This document shows positions 36,575-51,012 of a stretch of DNA of 64,000 nucleotides, piece by piece; the first letter of the stretch is position 1, and each line of letters starts with the position of its first letter. Under the pieces are notes generated by a model. The model ran no database searches. It had not been told where the DNA came from and saw only the letters and a program-made list of their open reading frames with translations. The DNA comes from Patescibacteria group bacterium. GTDB taxonomy: Bacteria; Patescibacteriota; Microgenomatia; JAMCYU01. The DNA is taken from positions 1,682 to 65,681 of the forward strand of contig JAMCYU010000004.1 in the NCBI GenBank assembly GCA_023473585.1, read 5' to 3'. The translations under genes were made by a program, and so were the position numbers.

Positions 36575-39500
36575 ATGGCTGATTTTGTTCATCTTCATGT
36601 TCACACGGAATATTCTCTCCTTGACGGGTTAGCGAAAATTCCCGAGCTCTTAGCCCGGGCTAAAGAACTGGGAATGACTGCTTTGGCCATTACCGATCAC
36701 GGAACGATGTACGGGGCTTTTAAGTTTTATCTAGCCGCCCGTGATTTAGGCGTTAAGCCGATTATCGGCATGGAAGCTTACGTTGCTTCCCACTCGCGTT
36801 TTGATAAGCAACCCGGTTTGGATAAAGATCAATTTCACTTAACCCTTTTAGCCAAAAATGAGCAAGGGTATAAAAATTTAATGAAATTAACGACCATCGC
36901 TCATTTGGAAGGGTTTTACTACAAACCCCGAATTGATCTGGAGGTTTTAAAGACCTACTCGGAGGGTTTAATTGCCCTTTCCGGTTGTCTGGAAGGAGAA
37001 ATTCCTCATCTTTTACGGATCGGGCAGGACAACAAAGCCGAAGAAAAAGCCAGACAATTTACGGAAATTTTTCCAGAGGATCATTTTTATTTAGAAATTC
37101 AGGCTCATCCGAAAATTGAAGATCAGAGAAAAGTTAACGAGAAAATTATCGCTCTTTCCCAAAAAATCGGCTTACCGCTGGTGGCGACGAATGACAGTCA
37201 TTATGTCAATCCCGAGGACGCCGAAGCTCAGGAAATTTTGCTTTGTGTTCAAACCCAACACACGCTTTTGGAAAAAGACCGACCCTTGTCCATGATTAGT
37301 TCGCCTGATTTTTATTTACGCTCACCCGAAGAAATGAGCGGCCTATTCATCCGTAATCCGGAGGCCATCGCCAATACCGTAAAAATTGCCCAGATGTGCG
37401 ATGTGGAAATTGACATGGGTAAATGGATTTTGCCGCATTTTTCCGTTCCCGACCAAAGCTCCGCAGGCGACTACATGAAAAAACTCTGTGAGGAAAGACT
37501 TCTGGAAAGATTTGCCAAGGTTACGCCGGAAATACGGCAACGTTTGGATTACGAACTTTCGGTCATTTCCCAAAAGGGCTATTCGACTTATTTTTTAATT
37601 GTCCAGGACTTTGTCAATTGGGCCAAAAAACAAGAGATTGCCGTGGGTCCCGGTCGGGGATCCGTGGCGGGTTCCTTGGTTTCTTATATTTTAAAAATTA
37701 CCGAGCTTGATCCCCTTTTCCATAATCTTCCTTTTGAAAGATTTTTGAATCCGGACAGGCCTTCACCGCCAGACATTGATTTGGATTTTGCTGATGATCG
37801 GCGAGACGAAGTCATTGCCTACGTAACGCAAAAATACGGTAAGGACAAAGTGGCGCAAATCATTACCTTTGGGACCATGGAGGCCAGACAAGCCGTCAGA
37901 GACACGGGTCGAGCTTTGGGGATGCCTTACTCTCAACCGGATCGCATTGCCAAGCTTATTCCGCCGGGAGTCCAGGGTTTTCCCATGACGATTTCTCGGG
38001 CGATTGAGATTACGCCCGAACTGGCCGCGGCTTATCAAAGCGAGCCGGAAACTCACAAACTTTTGGATTTATCCCGTAAGCTTGAAGGCGTTTCACGCCA
38101 CGCTTCGACGCACGCCGCCGGCGTGGTGATTGCCGATAAACCACTGGTTGAATATACGCCGCTTCAGAAAGAGGTCAAGGGCGAAAAAATTATCACGCAA
38201 TATGACATGTATTGTCTTGACTTAAATGCGGCCGCCGAGGGCCGGGCTGTCGGTCTTTTGAAAATGGATTTTTTGGGACTGCGAAACCTAACCATTCTGC
38301 AAAATACGATTAAATTTATTAAAGTAACCCGACAGGAAGAAATTAAACTTGATAAAATTCCCCTTGACGACCCGGCGGTTTTTAAAATTATCGCTAGCGG
38401 CGACACAACCGGCATTTTTCAAATGGAATCTTCGGGGATGAGAAGACTGGCCAGGGATTTAAAGCCGACAAAATTTTCCGATCTTTCCGCGATGGTCGCT
38501 CTTTATCGGCCCGGGCCGATGGAGTGGATCAACGATTTTATTGCCGCCAAAAAAGACCCCAGCAGTATTAAATATCCCCATCCTGATCTTAAGTCCATCT
38601 TGGCCGAAACATACGGGATTGCCGTTTATCAGGAACAATGCATGCAAATTGCCAACAAAATGGCCGGTTACAGTTTGGCCGAAGCGGATCGTTTTCGTTT
38701 GGCCATCGGCAAGAAAAAACGGGGTTTAATGGAAAAAGAAAAAGAAAAGTTTTTGGCAGGTTGTAAAAAACAAGGATATACGGAAAAAGTGACTGAAAAG
38801 ATTTTCTCCTTAATTGAAAAATTTGTCGGGTACGGTTTTAATAAGGCCCACAGCGCTTCTTATGCCATGATTGCTTACCAAACGGCCTACATGAAAGTCC
38901 ATTACCAGGTGGAATTTATGACGGCCGTTTTGACCGCCGAAAGCCGGGGGAGTTCGGGACCGGCCAAAGACGAAAAATTGGCTTTGGCGGTTGAGGAATG
39001 TCGCAAAATGAAGATTAATCTTTTACCTCCCGATATTAACACTTCCAATATCGAGTTTACCATTGAAGGAAAACAAATCCTTTTTGGTCTTTCCGCCATT
39101 AAAAACGTGGGCGAAGCGGCGATCGAAACTATTTTGTCGGCCAGAGAAAAAGATGGTCGTTTTATCTCTTTGGCTAATTTTTGCCAACGGGTTGATCTTC
39201 AGAAAGTGAACCGTAAAACCCTGGAAAGTTTAATCAGGGCGGGAGCCATGGATGCTTTTGGAAAAAGAGCTTCGATGCTGGCCTCACTTTCGAAAATTAT
39301 GGACGACAGTCATAAGGAACAAAAACGGCAAACCTCTGGTCAAACAAGCCTGTTTGACGGTTCATCTGACCGAGAGGTTGAGGATTGTCTGGTTGATATG
39401 GAAGAATTGTCAAAGGCGGAGCTTCTGTCTTTTGAGCGGGAATTATTGGGATTTTATTTAACCGAACATCCCTTACGTCCCGTTCTGGCTTCATTAGCTA

Positions 39501-39799
39501 ATCGCATTAGCCATCAGATCAGCGAATTAGACGAAGCTGCTTCCGGTTCAAAAGTCTTAATAAGCGGCGTTGTCAGCCAAATTAAAAAAATTTTAACAAG
39601 ACAAAGTAATGCCGAAATGGCTTTTATGAAAATAGAAGACCTAACCGGTTCCATTGAAATCGTGATTTTTCCGAAAATCTATGCGCAAACAAAAGACGAT
39701 CTTGTTAAAGATCAGGTTGTTTTAGTCATCGGCCGGTTGGATTTTAAAGACGAAAAACCTGTGGTTTTGGCCGAAAAAATTGAAAATATCAGTGCTTGA
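36575..39799 (+). CDS. dnaE: DNA polymerase III alpha subunit
   Basis: PHP HLHVHTEYSLLDG; 1074 aa with polIIIa core and OB fold. Confidence 0.9.
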   Translation: MADFVHLHVHTEYSLLDGLAKIPELLARAKELGMTALAITDHGTMYGAFKFYLAARDLGVKPIIGMEAYVASHSRFDKQPGLDKDQFHLTLLAKNEQGYKNLMKLTTIAHLEGFYYKPRIDLEVLKTYSEGLIALSGCLEGEIPHLLRIGQDNKAEEKARQFTEIFPEDHFYLEIQAHPKIEDQRKVNEKIIALSQKIGLPLVATNDSHYVNPEDAEAQEILLCVQTQHTLLEKDRPLSMISSPDFYLRSPEEMSGLFIRNPEAIANTVKIAQMCDVEIDMGKWILPHFSVPDQSSAGDYMKKLCEERLLERFAKVTPEIRQRLDYELSVISQKGYSTYFLIVQDFVNWAKKQEIAVGPGRGSVAGSLVSYILKITELDPLFHNLPFERFLNPDRPSPPDIDLDFADDRRDEVIAYVTQKYGKDKVAQIITFGTMEARQAVRDTGRALGMPYSQPDRIAKLIPPGVQGFPMTISRAIEITPELAAAYQSEPETHKLLDLSRKLEGVSRHASTHAAGVVIADKPLVEYTPLQKEVKGEKIITQYDMYCLDLNAAAEGRAVGLLKMDFLGLRNLTILQNTIKFIKVTRQEEIKLDKIPLDDPAVFKIIASGDTTGIFQMESSGMRRLARDLKPTKFSDLSAMVALYRPGPMEWINDFIAAKKDPSSIKYPHPDLKSILAETYGIAVYQEQCMQIANKMAGYSLAEADRFRLAIGKKKRGLMEKEKEKFLAGCKKQGYTEKVTEKIFSLIEKFVGYGFNKAHSASYAMIAYQTAYMKVHYQVEFMTAVLTAESRGSSGPAKDEKLALAVEECRKMKINLLPPDINTSNIEFTIEGKQILFGLSAIKNVGEAAIETILSAREKDGRFISLANFCQRVDLQKVNRKTLESLIRAGAMDAFGKRASMLASLSKIMDDSHKEQKRQTSGQTSLFDGSSDREVEDCLVDMEELSKAELLSFERELLGFYLTEHPLRPVLASLANRISHQISELDEAASGSKVLISGVVSQIKKILTRQSNAEMAFMKIEDLTGSIEIVIFPKIYAQTKDDLVKDQVVLVIGRLDFKDEKPVVLAEKIENISA

Positions 39800-39824
39800 C
39801 TTATCTTCGCTAAATAGATAAAAT
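39796..39824 (+). promoter_or_regulatory. candidate sigma70 promoter of the atp operon (TTGACT-N17-TAAAAT)
   Basis: Hexamers at 39796-39801 and 39819-39824, about 30 nt upstream of atpB. Confidence 0.4.
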
Positions 39825-39854
39825 TTAACTGAAAAATAATTAAGAAAAAGAAAA

Positions 39855-40827
<973 letters not shown>

Positions 40828-40849
40828 AAGAAGGAGAAAAGGAAAGAGC

Positions 40850-41329
40850 ATGGAAAGCTTAGGTCTTGATATTAAATTACTTTTAGCTCAAGTCGTCAAT
40901 TTCTTAGTTCTTTTGTTTGTTCTCAAGAAATTTCTTTACCGGCCGATCTTGAAGGTTTTGGACGAACGGAAGAAAAAAATTGAAGACAGTTTAGCTAATG
41001 CCGAGAAGATCAACAAAGAATTAGTCAAACTTGAAGAGGAAAAGGCAAAAATTCTTAAAGCCGCCCAAACCGAGGCGGTTAAACTTATCGCTGAAGAAAA
41101 GAAATTCGCCGAAGAACAAAAAGAAAAAATCATTGAAGAGGCAAAGATGAAGGCCGTTGAAGAAGTTGCCAAGGGAAGTGTTTTAGCCAAACAAGAACTT
41201 GAGAAGGCCAAAAAAGAACTTCGGGAAGAAGTTTTGAGACTGACCGAAGTTATGACCAGAAAAGTTTTATCTCGGGGACTTTCCGATCAGGAAAAGCACG
41301 AATTAATTAAAAAGGCGATTGAGGAATGA
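40850..41329 (+). CDS. atpF: F0F1 ATP synthase subunit b
   Basis: N-terminal TM plus a long charged coiled coil. SD aaggag precedes the ATG at 40850. Confidence 0.75.
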   Translation: MESLGLDIKLLLAQVVNFLVLLFVLKKFLYRPILKVLDERKKKIEDSLANAEKINKELVKLEEEKAKILKAAQTEAVKLIAEEKKFAEEQKEKIIEEAKMKAVEEVAKGSVLAKQELEKAKKELREEVLRLTEVMTRKVLSRGLSDQEKHELIKKAIEE

Positions 41330-41652
41330 AAAAAGCCGAAGATATCGTTGAGGGTTTTTTGCACTTTTTATCTTCAAGTCGGAATCTTGATCTTCTCCCT
41401 CAGATAATTTCGCTTTTAAGCCAAGAACAGGAAGGAAAAAAAGACGAAGCCAAGATCATTTCGGCCGTCGTTTTAAACCCCGAAGAAGAGGAAAGAATAA
41501 AGCAATATTTAAAAAGAAAATTCGGCAAAAATTTTGTTCTTAAAATCGAAATCAACGAAGAAATCATGGGAGGATTAATTATTAAAGTCGAAGACAAAGT
41601 TATTGACTTAAGCCTTGACGGCAAACTGAAATCTTTAAAAGAACAATTGTAA
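41326..41652 (+). CDS. atpH: F0F1 ATP synthase subunit delta (short form)
   Basis: C-terminal GGLIIKVEDKVIDLSLDGKLKSL is typical of OSCP/delta. Only 108 aa. Confidence 0.6.
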   Translation: MKKAEDIVEGFLHFLSSSRNLDLLPQIISLLSQEQEGKKDEAKIISAVVLNPEEEERIKQYLKRKFGKNFVLKIEINEEIMGGLIIKVEDKVIDLSLDGKLKSLKEQL

Positions 41653-41661
41653 TGTAAAACC

Positions 41662-43170
41662 ATGGATATTAAGATTAAAGACATTTCTACTCAAATTGCC
41701 CAGGAAATTGACAGGGTTAAACAAGAAACCCAGTTTGTTTCCACGGGAAAAATTTTAAAATTAAGCGACGGCGTGGCTTTTATTTCCGGCCTTTCGGATG
41801 TAGCCTCAAGCGAGCTTTTATCATTTCCGGGAAAAATTTTAGGCGTCGCTTTAAATCTTGAAGAGGATAAGGTCGGAGCGATTATTTTAGGGGATTATTT
41901 ATCTTTAAAAGAAGGGGACGAGGTCCAAGCTACCGGACGGCTTCTTTCCATTCCGGTAAGTAAAGAGATTATCGGGCGTGTCGTCAACCCCCTGGGCATG
42001 GTTTTGGACGGGAAACCGGAAATAAAGAAAGACAAATACTACCCGATTGAAAAAATTGCTCCCGGAGTAACCTTACGGCAGCCGGTGGATACACCGGTCC
42101 AGACAGGAATTAAAGCGATTGACAGCATGATTCCCATTGGTCGAGGACAACGGGAATTGATTATCGGCGACCGGGGGACGGGAAAAACGGCGATTGCCCT
42201 GGATACGATTATTAACCAAAAGGATAAAGATCTTATTTGTATTTACGTGGCCATTGGTCAAAAGGCTTCAAAAGTTGCTCAGGTTATTGATCTTTTGGAA
42301 AGATATGGCGCTATGTCGCACACGATTATTGTTTCCGCCAGTGCTTCGGATCCGGTTTCCTTACAATATCTGGCGCCCTACGCCGGCTGTGCTATCGGTG
42401 AATTCTTCATGGATCAAGGAAAGGATGCCATTGTTTTTTTTGATGACCTTTCCAAACACGCTTGGGCCTATCGGCAGATTTCTTTGGTTCTAAGGCGGCC
42501 GTCAGGTCGTGAAGCCTACCCGGGTGATATTTTTTATGTCCACTCCCGCTTATTGGAGCGGGCCTGTCGTTTATCAGAAGAAGAAGGCGGCGGGAGTTTA
42601 ACCGCTCTGCCGATTATTGAAACCCAGGCCGGCGATATTTCCGCTTATATTCCGACGAACGTCATTTCGATTACCGACGGGCAAATTTACCTGGAGCCTG
42701 ATTTGTTTTACGCCGGGGTCAGACCGGCCGTCAATATCGGCCTATCAGTTTCGCGTGTCGGTGGGGCCGCTCAAGTTAAGGCGATGAAACAGGTTGCCGG
42801 CAAACTAAGAATGGATCTGGCTCAATATAGAGATTTGGCGACTTTTGCTCAGTTTGCCACTGATCTTGACGCGGCAACCAGATCGCAGCTTGATCGGGGA
42901 ATAAGGATGACTGAAGTTTTGAAGCAGCCGCAGTTTTTACCGGTCAAACTCTCCGACCAGGTCCTCATTATTTGGGCCGGAACAAACGGCTTTCTTGATG
43001 ATCTGCCGGTTGAAAAAATTAAGGAATTTGAAGAAAAATATCTTGACTACATGAAAAAACATCACGCAAAAATTATTGAAGAAATAGACAAAGAGAAACA
43101 ACTAAGCAATGAGTCCGTAGAAAAAATGAAAAAGATTATTGAGGAGTTTAAAACTAAATTTTTTAAATAA
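41662..43170 (+). CDS. atpA: F0F1 ATP synthase subunit alpha
   Basis: Walker [10 protein letters not shown]. Confidence 0.95.
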   Translation: MDIKIKDISTQIAQEIDRVKQETQFVSTGKILKLSDGVAFISGLSDVASSELLSFPGKILGVALNLEEDKVGAIILGDYLSLKEGDEVQATGRLLSIPVSKEIIGRVVNPLGMVLDGKPEIKKDKYYPIEKIAPGVTLRQPVDTPVQTGIKAIDSMIPIGRGQRELIIGDRGTGKTAIALDTIINQKDKDLICIYVAIGQKASKVAQVIDLLERYGAMSHTIIVSASASDPVSLQYLAPYAGCAIGEFFMDQGKDAIVFFDDLSKHAWAYRQISLVLRRPSGREAYPGDIFYVHSRLLERACRLSEEEGGGSLTALPIIETQAGDISAYIPTNVISITDGQIYLEPDLFYAGVRPAVNIGLSVSRVGGAAQVKAMKQVAGKLRMDLAQYRDLATFAQFATDLDAATRSQLDRGIRMTEVLKQPQFLPVKLSDQVLIIWAGTNGFLDDLPVEKIKEFEEKYLDYMKKHHAKIIEEIDKEKQLSNESVEKMKKIIEEFKTKFFK

Positions 43171-45820
<2,650 letters not shown>

Positions 45821-45891
45821 ATACTTTCATTAACCGCCCCCACCAAATCTTCCCCTTGACAAGGGTTGGAATAATCTCCTATACTTAAATC

Positions 45892-45916
45892 CCAGAGCCA
45901 CCGCTCTGGTTTTTTT
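45892..45916 (+). terminator. rho-independent terminator after the atp operon
   Basis: ccagagc-cacc-gctctgg followed by ttttttt. Confidence 0.6.
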
Positions 45917-45921
45917 AATAT

Positions 45922-47544
45922 ATGGAACAACAACATTACGTTAAGGTTTCTTCGTATGAAGGAAGAAAAGGAGAGGTTCGGAGAGTTATTCTTCTTTATT
46001 CCGGTGGATTAGATACCTCGGTCATGCTTAGGTGGATTCAAAATGAATATAAAGCCAAAGTAATTGCCTTAACCATTGATATTGGTCAGCAAACTGATAA
46101 TCTGGAAGAAATCAAAAAGAAAGCCCTAAAGCTTGGAGCTATTAAAGCTTATATTATTGACGCCAAAAATGAATTTGCCGACGATTATATCTCTAAAGGA
46201 ATTAAAGCTAACGCTCATTATCAGGGCAAGTATTATTTGAGTACGCCTTTAGGCAGGCCGCTTTTAGCTAAGTGGGCGGTGCAAATTGCTCAACAAGAGG
46301 AGGCCGATTGTTTTGCTCATGGTTGTACCGGAAAAGGGAATGATCAAGTAAGACTTGAAGGAACAGCTTTAACCTTAAATCCTGACATAAAAATTATTGC
46401 TCCGGTGCGAGAATGGAGTATGGGAAGAGACGAAGAGTTGATTTACGCCAAAAAGCATGGAATTCAGGTTAAACAAACCGTAGCCCGTCCTTATTCTTAT
46501 GATGACAATATGTGGGGAGTAACTGGAGAGTCGGGTGAGATAGAAAATCCGGCTCTTATCCCTCCTCTGGAGAAAATTTTGCAAGTTTGCCAACTTCCTG
46601 AAAAAGCTCCTAACCAACCAGAATTTATTAGCCTTGAATTTGTTAAGGGTTTACCGGTTGCACTTAATGGGGAAAATTATAAACTTGTCGATTTAATTAT
46701 CAAACTCAACAAAATTGGAGCAAAACACGGAGTAGGAATTACCCATCATCTTGAAGACAGAGTGGTAGGACTCAAGGTAAGAGGAATTTACGAGGCGCCG
46801 GCGGCTGAGATAATTATTACTGCTCATTGGAGTTTGGAAAAATATGTTTCCAGCAGAACGGAGAATGAGTTCAAGGAAATTATTGATGAACGCTGGGGAT
46901 ATCTTTGTTATGGAGGATTATGGTATGAACCGTTGATGGAAGACTTAAATGCCTATATTGATAAGGTTAACGAAAAAGTAACAGGAAAAGTGACACTGAA
47001 ACTATATAAAGGGACGGCTATTGTGGTTGCTCTAGAAACTCCCAACACCATTTTTGATGAAAAATTAGCGACCTTCATGAAGTCGGCGGCTTTTAATCAA
47101 AATGCTAGTTCGGGCTTTATTGAAATTTATACTTTACAAATGAGACTAGCTCAACAGGCAGAAAAAACGGCCCTTCTGGCTATTGGAGAAATGATTGATA
47201 AAAAGCGACTTTCGCCAGCGGCGCAAAAACTCACAGAATTAAAATATAAACTTTACGCTACTCCGAAAACTCACTTTTTCCTTAAAGAGATTGGAATTCC
47301 CAGTATTATGGTTTACAAGATCAGTCAAAAAGGAGAGCCTAATCTTTTAGACCAGTTGGTGCAAAAGAGATTCGACTTAATTATTAATATTCCGCATGGT
47401 GGCAAAGTTAAAAAAGAAATGACCGACGGTAAAATCATTCGTCAAAAAGCGATTGAGACCGGAACGACCTTAATTACAGAATCCGAAGTAGCCGAACATC
47501 TGGTTGAAAAACTTTATCACGCGAAATTCGGTAAAAAACAATGA
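45922..47544 (+). CDS. argG: argininosuccinate-synthase-like PP-loop ATP pyrophosphatase fused to a C-terminal MGS-like domain
   Basis: PP-loop VILLYSGGLDTS; ArgG-like for about 400 aa. The extra C-terminal 120 aa (LKEIGIPS...ISQ...DLIINIPHG) resemble the methylglyoxal-synthase-like allosteric domain of CPSase. Confidence 0.65.
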   Translation: MEQQHYVKVSSYEGRKGEVRRVILLYSGGLDTSVMLRWIQNEYKAKVIALTIDIGQQTDNLEEIKKKALKLGAIKAYIIDAKNEFADDYISKGIKANAHYQGKYYLSTPLGRPLLAKWAVQIAQQEEADCFAHGCTGKGNDQVRLEGTALTLNPDIKIIAPVREWSMGRDEELIYAKKHGIQVKQTVARPYSYDDNMWGVTGESGEIENPALIPPLEKILQVCQLPEKAPNQPEFISLEFVKGLPVALNGENYKLVDLIIKLNKIGAKHGVGITHHLEDRVVGLKVRGIYEAPAAEIIITAHWSLEKYVSSRTENEFKEIIDERWGYLCYGGLWYEPLMEDLNAYIDKVNEKVTGKVTLKLYKGTAIVVALETPNTIFDEKLATFMKSAAFNQNASSGFIEIYTLQMRLAQQAEKTALLAIGEMIDKKRLSPAAQKLTELKYKLYATPKTHFFLKEIGIPSIMVYKISQKGEPNLLDQLVQKRFDLIINIPHGGKVKKEMTDGKIIRQKAIETGTTLITESEVAEHLVEKLYHAKFGKKQ

Positions 47545-48965
47545 AGTCGATTTTAATTAAAAACGCTGATTATTTGGTGACGATGGATAAAGACCGGCAT
47601 GTTTTAAGAAACAGTTCGGTTTACATTGAGCCTCCAAAGATTGTTAAAATTGGTGGTCTTGGACAAAAAGCCGACAGGATAATTGATGCTAAAGGAAAAA
47701 TCGTTTTCCCTGGTTTTATTAATACCCACCTTCACACGCCGCAAGTTTTTCATCGACATTGTCCGGCACAACAAAACAAACCGATCGACCAATGGATACA
47801 AATTACCACTTCGATTAACAGAGAAATTGATGAAGAGTCTATGTATTTGGGGGCACTTATTTGCTTTGCTGAATTGATATATTCAGGTGTAACGACTACT
47901 TCCGATTATTTTTACCCTTATCCAAAGGGGAAAGAAAAAATTAACGAATCAACAATTAAAGCAGCCCAAAAAATTGGCTTACGCTTTACCAGTATTAGGG
48001 GAAGCATGACCTTGAGTCGTAAAGATGGTGCTCATTATCCTGACGATGTGGTTGAAACTAGCGAAGAAATTGTCGAGAGAAGCCAGCGGTTTATTGAAAA
48101 ATATCATGATAATTCGCCTTTTTCGATGATACGAATTGGTATTGGTCCATGTCTTCCTTTTGCCAGTACCCAAAAAGATTTCCAAAATGCCGCCGCCTTA
48201 GCAAGAAAATATCGAGGAGTAATTCTACAGACACATGCCGCAGAGTCTTTATGGGAAGCCGAATACACTCGAGAAAAATTTGGCGTTTCACCAATTGGCT
48301 TAATGGAAAAAACGGGTTTTTTAGGGAAAGACGTTGGTTTAGCACACTGTAACGTTTGTAATGATTCCGAAATAGATTTGCTTGCCGAAACGAGGACCAA
48401 CGTTATTATTACGCCGGTCTGTAATACTCGTGATGCCGCTGATGGAAATTTAATTGCCCCGATAAATAAACTACTGGCAAAAAAAATAAATATTTCTATT
48501 GGAACCGATGGGCCAGCCAGTAATGACTCAATGAACTTTTTAGAAGAGATGCGTTATTTACGGGTTGTTTCGATGGGGAAGCTTGGTTTGGATTATCTTT
48601 CTCCTTCAAAAGTTTTTGATATAGGGACTTTAGGAGGAGCTAAAACGCTCAATAGGCAAGACATTGGTTCAATAGAAGAGGGGAAAGCGGCCGATTTAGT
48701 AGTTTTTAATCCCGAAGATGAATTAAACCATGCTGGGGCAATCAATAAATGGGGGGCCCTAATCTCTTGTCAAGCAATTAAACCAGAATATGTAATAATT
48801 AACGGGCAAGTAATCGTTGATAAAAAAGAACTCATAACCTTAAATTTAAACACGGCCCTAAAAAAATTCCAAAAGCGACATCACGTGGTGATAAAAAGGG
48901 CTCAACAAAAATTAGCATGGAATTTAAACGAATATTCTTTTTGGGAGCGTTCAATTTGGAGTTGA
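47541..48965 (+). CDS. metal-dependent amidohydrolase (cytosine/guanine/MTA-deaminase-like, ATZ/TRZ/SsnA family)
   Basis: GFINTHLHTPQ (HxH), HAAES, TDGPASN (Asp). Confidence 0.7.
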   Translation: MKSILIKNADYLVTMDKDRHVLRNSSVYIEPPKIVKIGGLGQKADRIIDAKGKIVFPGFINTHLHTPQVFHRHCPAQQNKPIDQWIQITTSINREIDEESMYLGALICFAELIYSGVTTTSDYFYPYPKGKEKINESTIKAAQKIGLRFTSIRGSMTLSRKDGAHYPDDVVETSEEIVERSQRFIEKYHDNSPFSMIRIGIGPCLPFASTQKDFQNAAALARKYRGVILQTHAAESLWEAEYTREKFGVSPIGLMEKTGFLGKDVGLAHCNVCNDSEIDLLAETRTNVIITPVCNTRDAADGNLIAPINKLLAKKINISIGTDGPASNDSMNFLEEMRYLRVVSMGKLGLDYLSPSKVFDIGTLGGAKTLNRQDIGSIEEGKAADLVVFNPEDELNHAGAINKWGALISCQAIKPEYVIINGQVIVDKKELITLNLNTALKKFQKRHHVVIKRAQQKLAWNLNEYSFWERSIWS

Positions 48966-48967
48966 AG

Positions 48968-50131
48968 ATGATGAAATCTAAAGACAGATCAGGACCTACA
49001 CCTCCCGCTACCGATCATATGGAATTCACGATCACTGATCAATGTGGATTAATTGCTGCTGGAAAGGCCTGTCCCGGTTGTACTGCCATTAACGTTCAGA
49101 ATCGAGGACAAAGAGAACCACAAATGGATGCCTCTAAAATTATTTCCACCTTGGAAAAAGACGCAGCCAATGGCGTTAATTTATTTACCCTTCAAGGTGG
49201 GGAGCCGCTAACCGTTAAGGGTATTCATCAAATTCTGCGCTATTTATCCCAATCACCCAAAATTGATGCGTTAGTTTACACCTCGTCATATGGTTTAATT
49301 ACCAAAGAAGGTAAATTTACGGATTCATTTTTTAAACTTAAAGCGGCTGGTTTTTTGAAGCTTTATCTTTTGGCTAGTGTTGACAAATTAATTCTGAAAG
49401 AGACTGATATTATCAGAAACGACGGTAGTGCTTTTAAATCATTTTATGGACTTAAATTAATGGAGGCTTTGGCTAAAGAAGGATATCGTGATATCGGCAT
49501 TCATCAAACATTAAGATCGGACAATTTAAAATATTCGCTTGATCTTTATAAATGGGCTAGTGAAAGAAATCTTTTATATTCTTGTTGTCCATTAGTTTGG
49601 AAGCCTTATACCAGTAGAAAAAGAAATAAGATTCCTTTGGAAAATTTTTCCAACAGGTTGACTAATAAAAATAAACCTAAATTACGGAAAATTATCAATT
49701 ACCTGGTAGAGACAGAAACAAAAAGATTGAAAAAGGGATTGCCAAGAACCATTGTTCCTTCTTCGGCATTCTTAAGGCTGATTCCGGAATTTGCCCCTAA
49801 TAATCTTATAAGTTGCAGAGAATACAGAAACATGATTAGGCCATTGATGGGACGGGATATTGCGCCGGATGGCAAGGAAAGGTGGTGCGCCGCCCAAGAC
49901 ACCTATCAAGATGCTTTAGTCTGTCAGGGTTGCCATTATATTTGTCTTGATAGAGGGACTCCAGGTGAATATTGGAATTTTGAGCATTTGGCAGGAAGAT
50001 TGAAAGCAGAAGATATTCGTTGGCAGAACTATATTGTTTCAAGAAAAGTACCCGGTTTTGATCAATCTAGAAGAAATCTAATCTTTTATCAAAAATCGCC
50101 CACAGAAGAAAAAGATTTTTTCCAAGCTTAA
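48968..50131 (+). CDS. radical-SAM-like protein with a non-canonical Cys motif and an additional C-terminal Cys cluster
   Basis: ITDQCGLIAAGKACPGC (CX8CX2C instead of CX3CX2C) and LQGGEPL (SAM glycine motif). C-terminal CX12CX2CX3C. Confidence 0.45.
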   Translation: MMKSKDRSGPTPPATDHMEFTITDQCGLIAAGKACPGCTAINVQNRGQREPQMDASKIISTLEKDAANGVNLFTLQGGEPLTVKGIHQILRYLSQSPKIDALVYTSSYGLITKEGKFTDSFFKLKAAGFLKLYLLASVDKLILKETDIIRNDGSAFKSFYGLKLMEALAKEGYRDIGIHQTLRSDNLKYSLDLYKWASERNLLYSCCPLVWKPYTSRKRNKIPLENFSNRLTNKNKPKLRKIINYLVETETKRLKKGLPRTIVPSSAFLRLIPEFAPNNLISCREYRNMIRPLMGRDIAPDGKERWCAAQDTYQDALVCQGCHYICLDRGTPGEYWNFEHLAGRLKAEDIRWQNYIVSRKVPGFDQSRRNLIFYQKSPTEEKDFFQA

Positions 50132-50152
50132 TTTAATAAGGAGGTAACGCGT

Positions 50153-50989
50153 ATGTCTAAAATCGATCGCTTAAATAAGCAGCCTTCACGGGAAGACGTT
50201 CTTCCTTATATCTGGTTATTGCCAGAAAGAAATGATGTTTTTTCACCCATGCAAATTAACGTTATCCTGGCTTCCTTAACAAGGCTTAGGGATAAAAATA
50301 CCGATGTTAGCACCTTCAGACATCATGTTGGTCATTTGACCGATTATCTTCTTCAGGCGATGCTCAAATTAAAAATCATCAAGACAAAAATAATAACTCC
50401 GCTTATGAAAAAAACTGAAGGTTGGGAGTTTGAGGCGCCGGTAGTCATATTTTTTATTAACCGCGCGGGCTTAACCATGGGTTTATCGGCGGCTAGAGAT
50501 TTACCCTACGGTACTCCAATCGGAGAATTTGACGTTCATCGAGATGAAAAAAATCTTGAGGGAATTTTGGAAGATTATAATCTTCCTCCGGATATTTCCG
50601 GGAAAACGGTTTTAATCCTTGATCCCATGAATGCTGCCGGTGGTTCAATTGAGTGTGTCTGGCAAGTAATCAAAAAAGAATATCTGGAAAAAAGGAAGCA
50701 AAAAATCGCCGGTGTTAAAATAGGCAACCTTATTTCGGCTCCATTAGGAGTGGCGGAGTTAAAAAGAATTATTCCCGAAGCGGAAATTTTTACCGTTTCT
50801 TTAGATGAATATTTAACTCAACCGGGAGAAACAAAATTTCCTCCGGGCTACATTATTCCCGGTTTAGGTGATGCCGGTGACCGTCAATTTGGTCATGGAC
50901 GTTCGGAGCTTTTTTTAGGTGCCCAAAAAATGCTTGATAGTTTTGTTAACTTTAAAGATCCCTCCAGAATTAGATTGATAAGGAAATAG
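50153..50989 (+). CDS. upp: uracil-phosphoribosyltransferase-family protein with an about 70-aa N-terminal extension
   Basis: VLILDPMNAAGGS (PRPP-binding) and the C-terminal GYIIPGLGDAGDRQFG Upp signature. Confidence 0.7.
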   Translation: MSKIDRLNKQPSREDVLPYIWLLPERNDVFSPMQINVILASLTRLRDKNTDVSTFRHHVGHLTDYLLQAMLKLKIIKTKIITPLMKKTEGWEFEAPVVIFFINRAGLTMGLSAARDLPYGTPIGEFDVHRDEKNLEGILEDYNLPPDISGKTVLILDPMNAAGGSIECVWQVIKKEYLEKRKQKIAGVKIGNLISAPLGVAELKRIIPEAEIFTVSLDEYLTQPGETKFPPGYIIPGLGDAGDRQFGHGRSELFLGAQKMLDSFVNFKDPSRIRLIRK

Positions 50990-51012
50990 CTTTTTGCTAA
51001 TTTAAATCGAAT

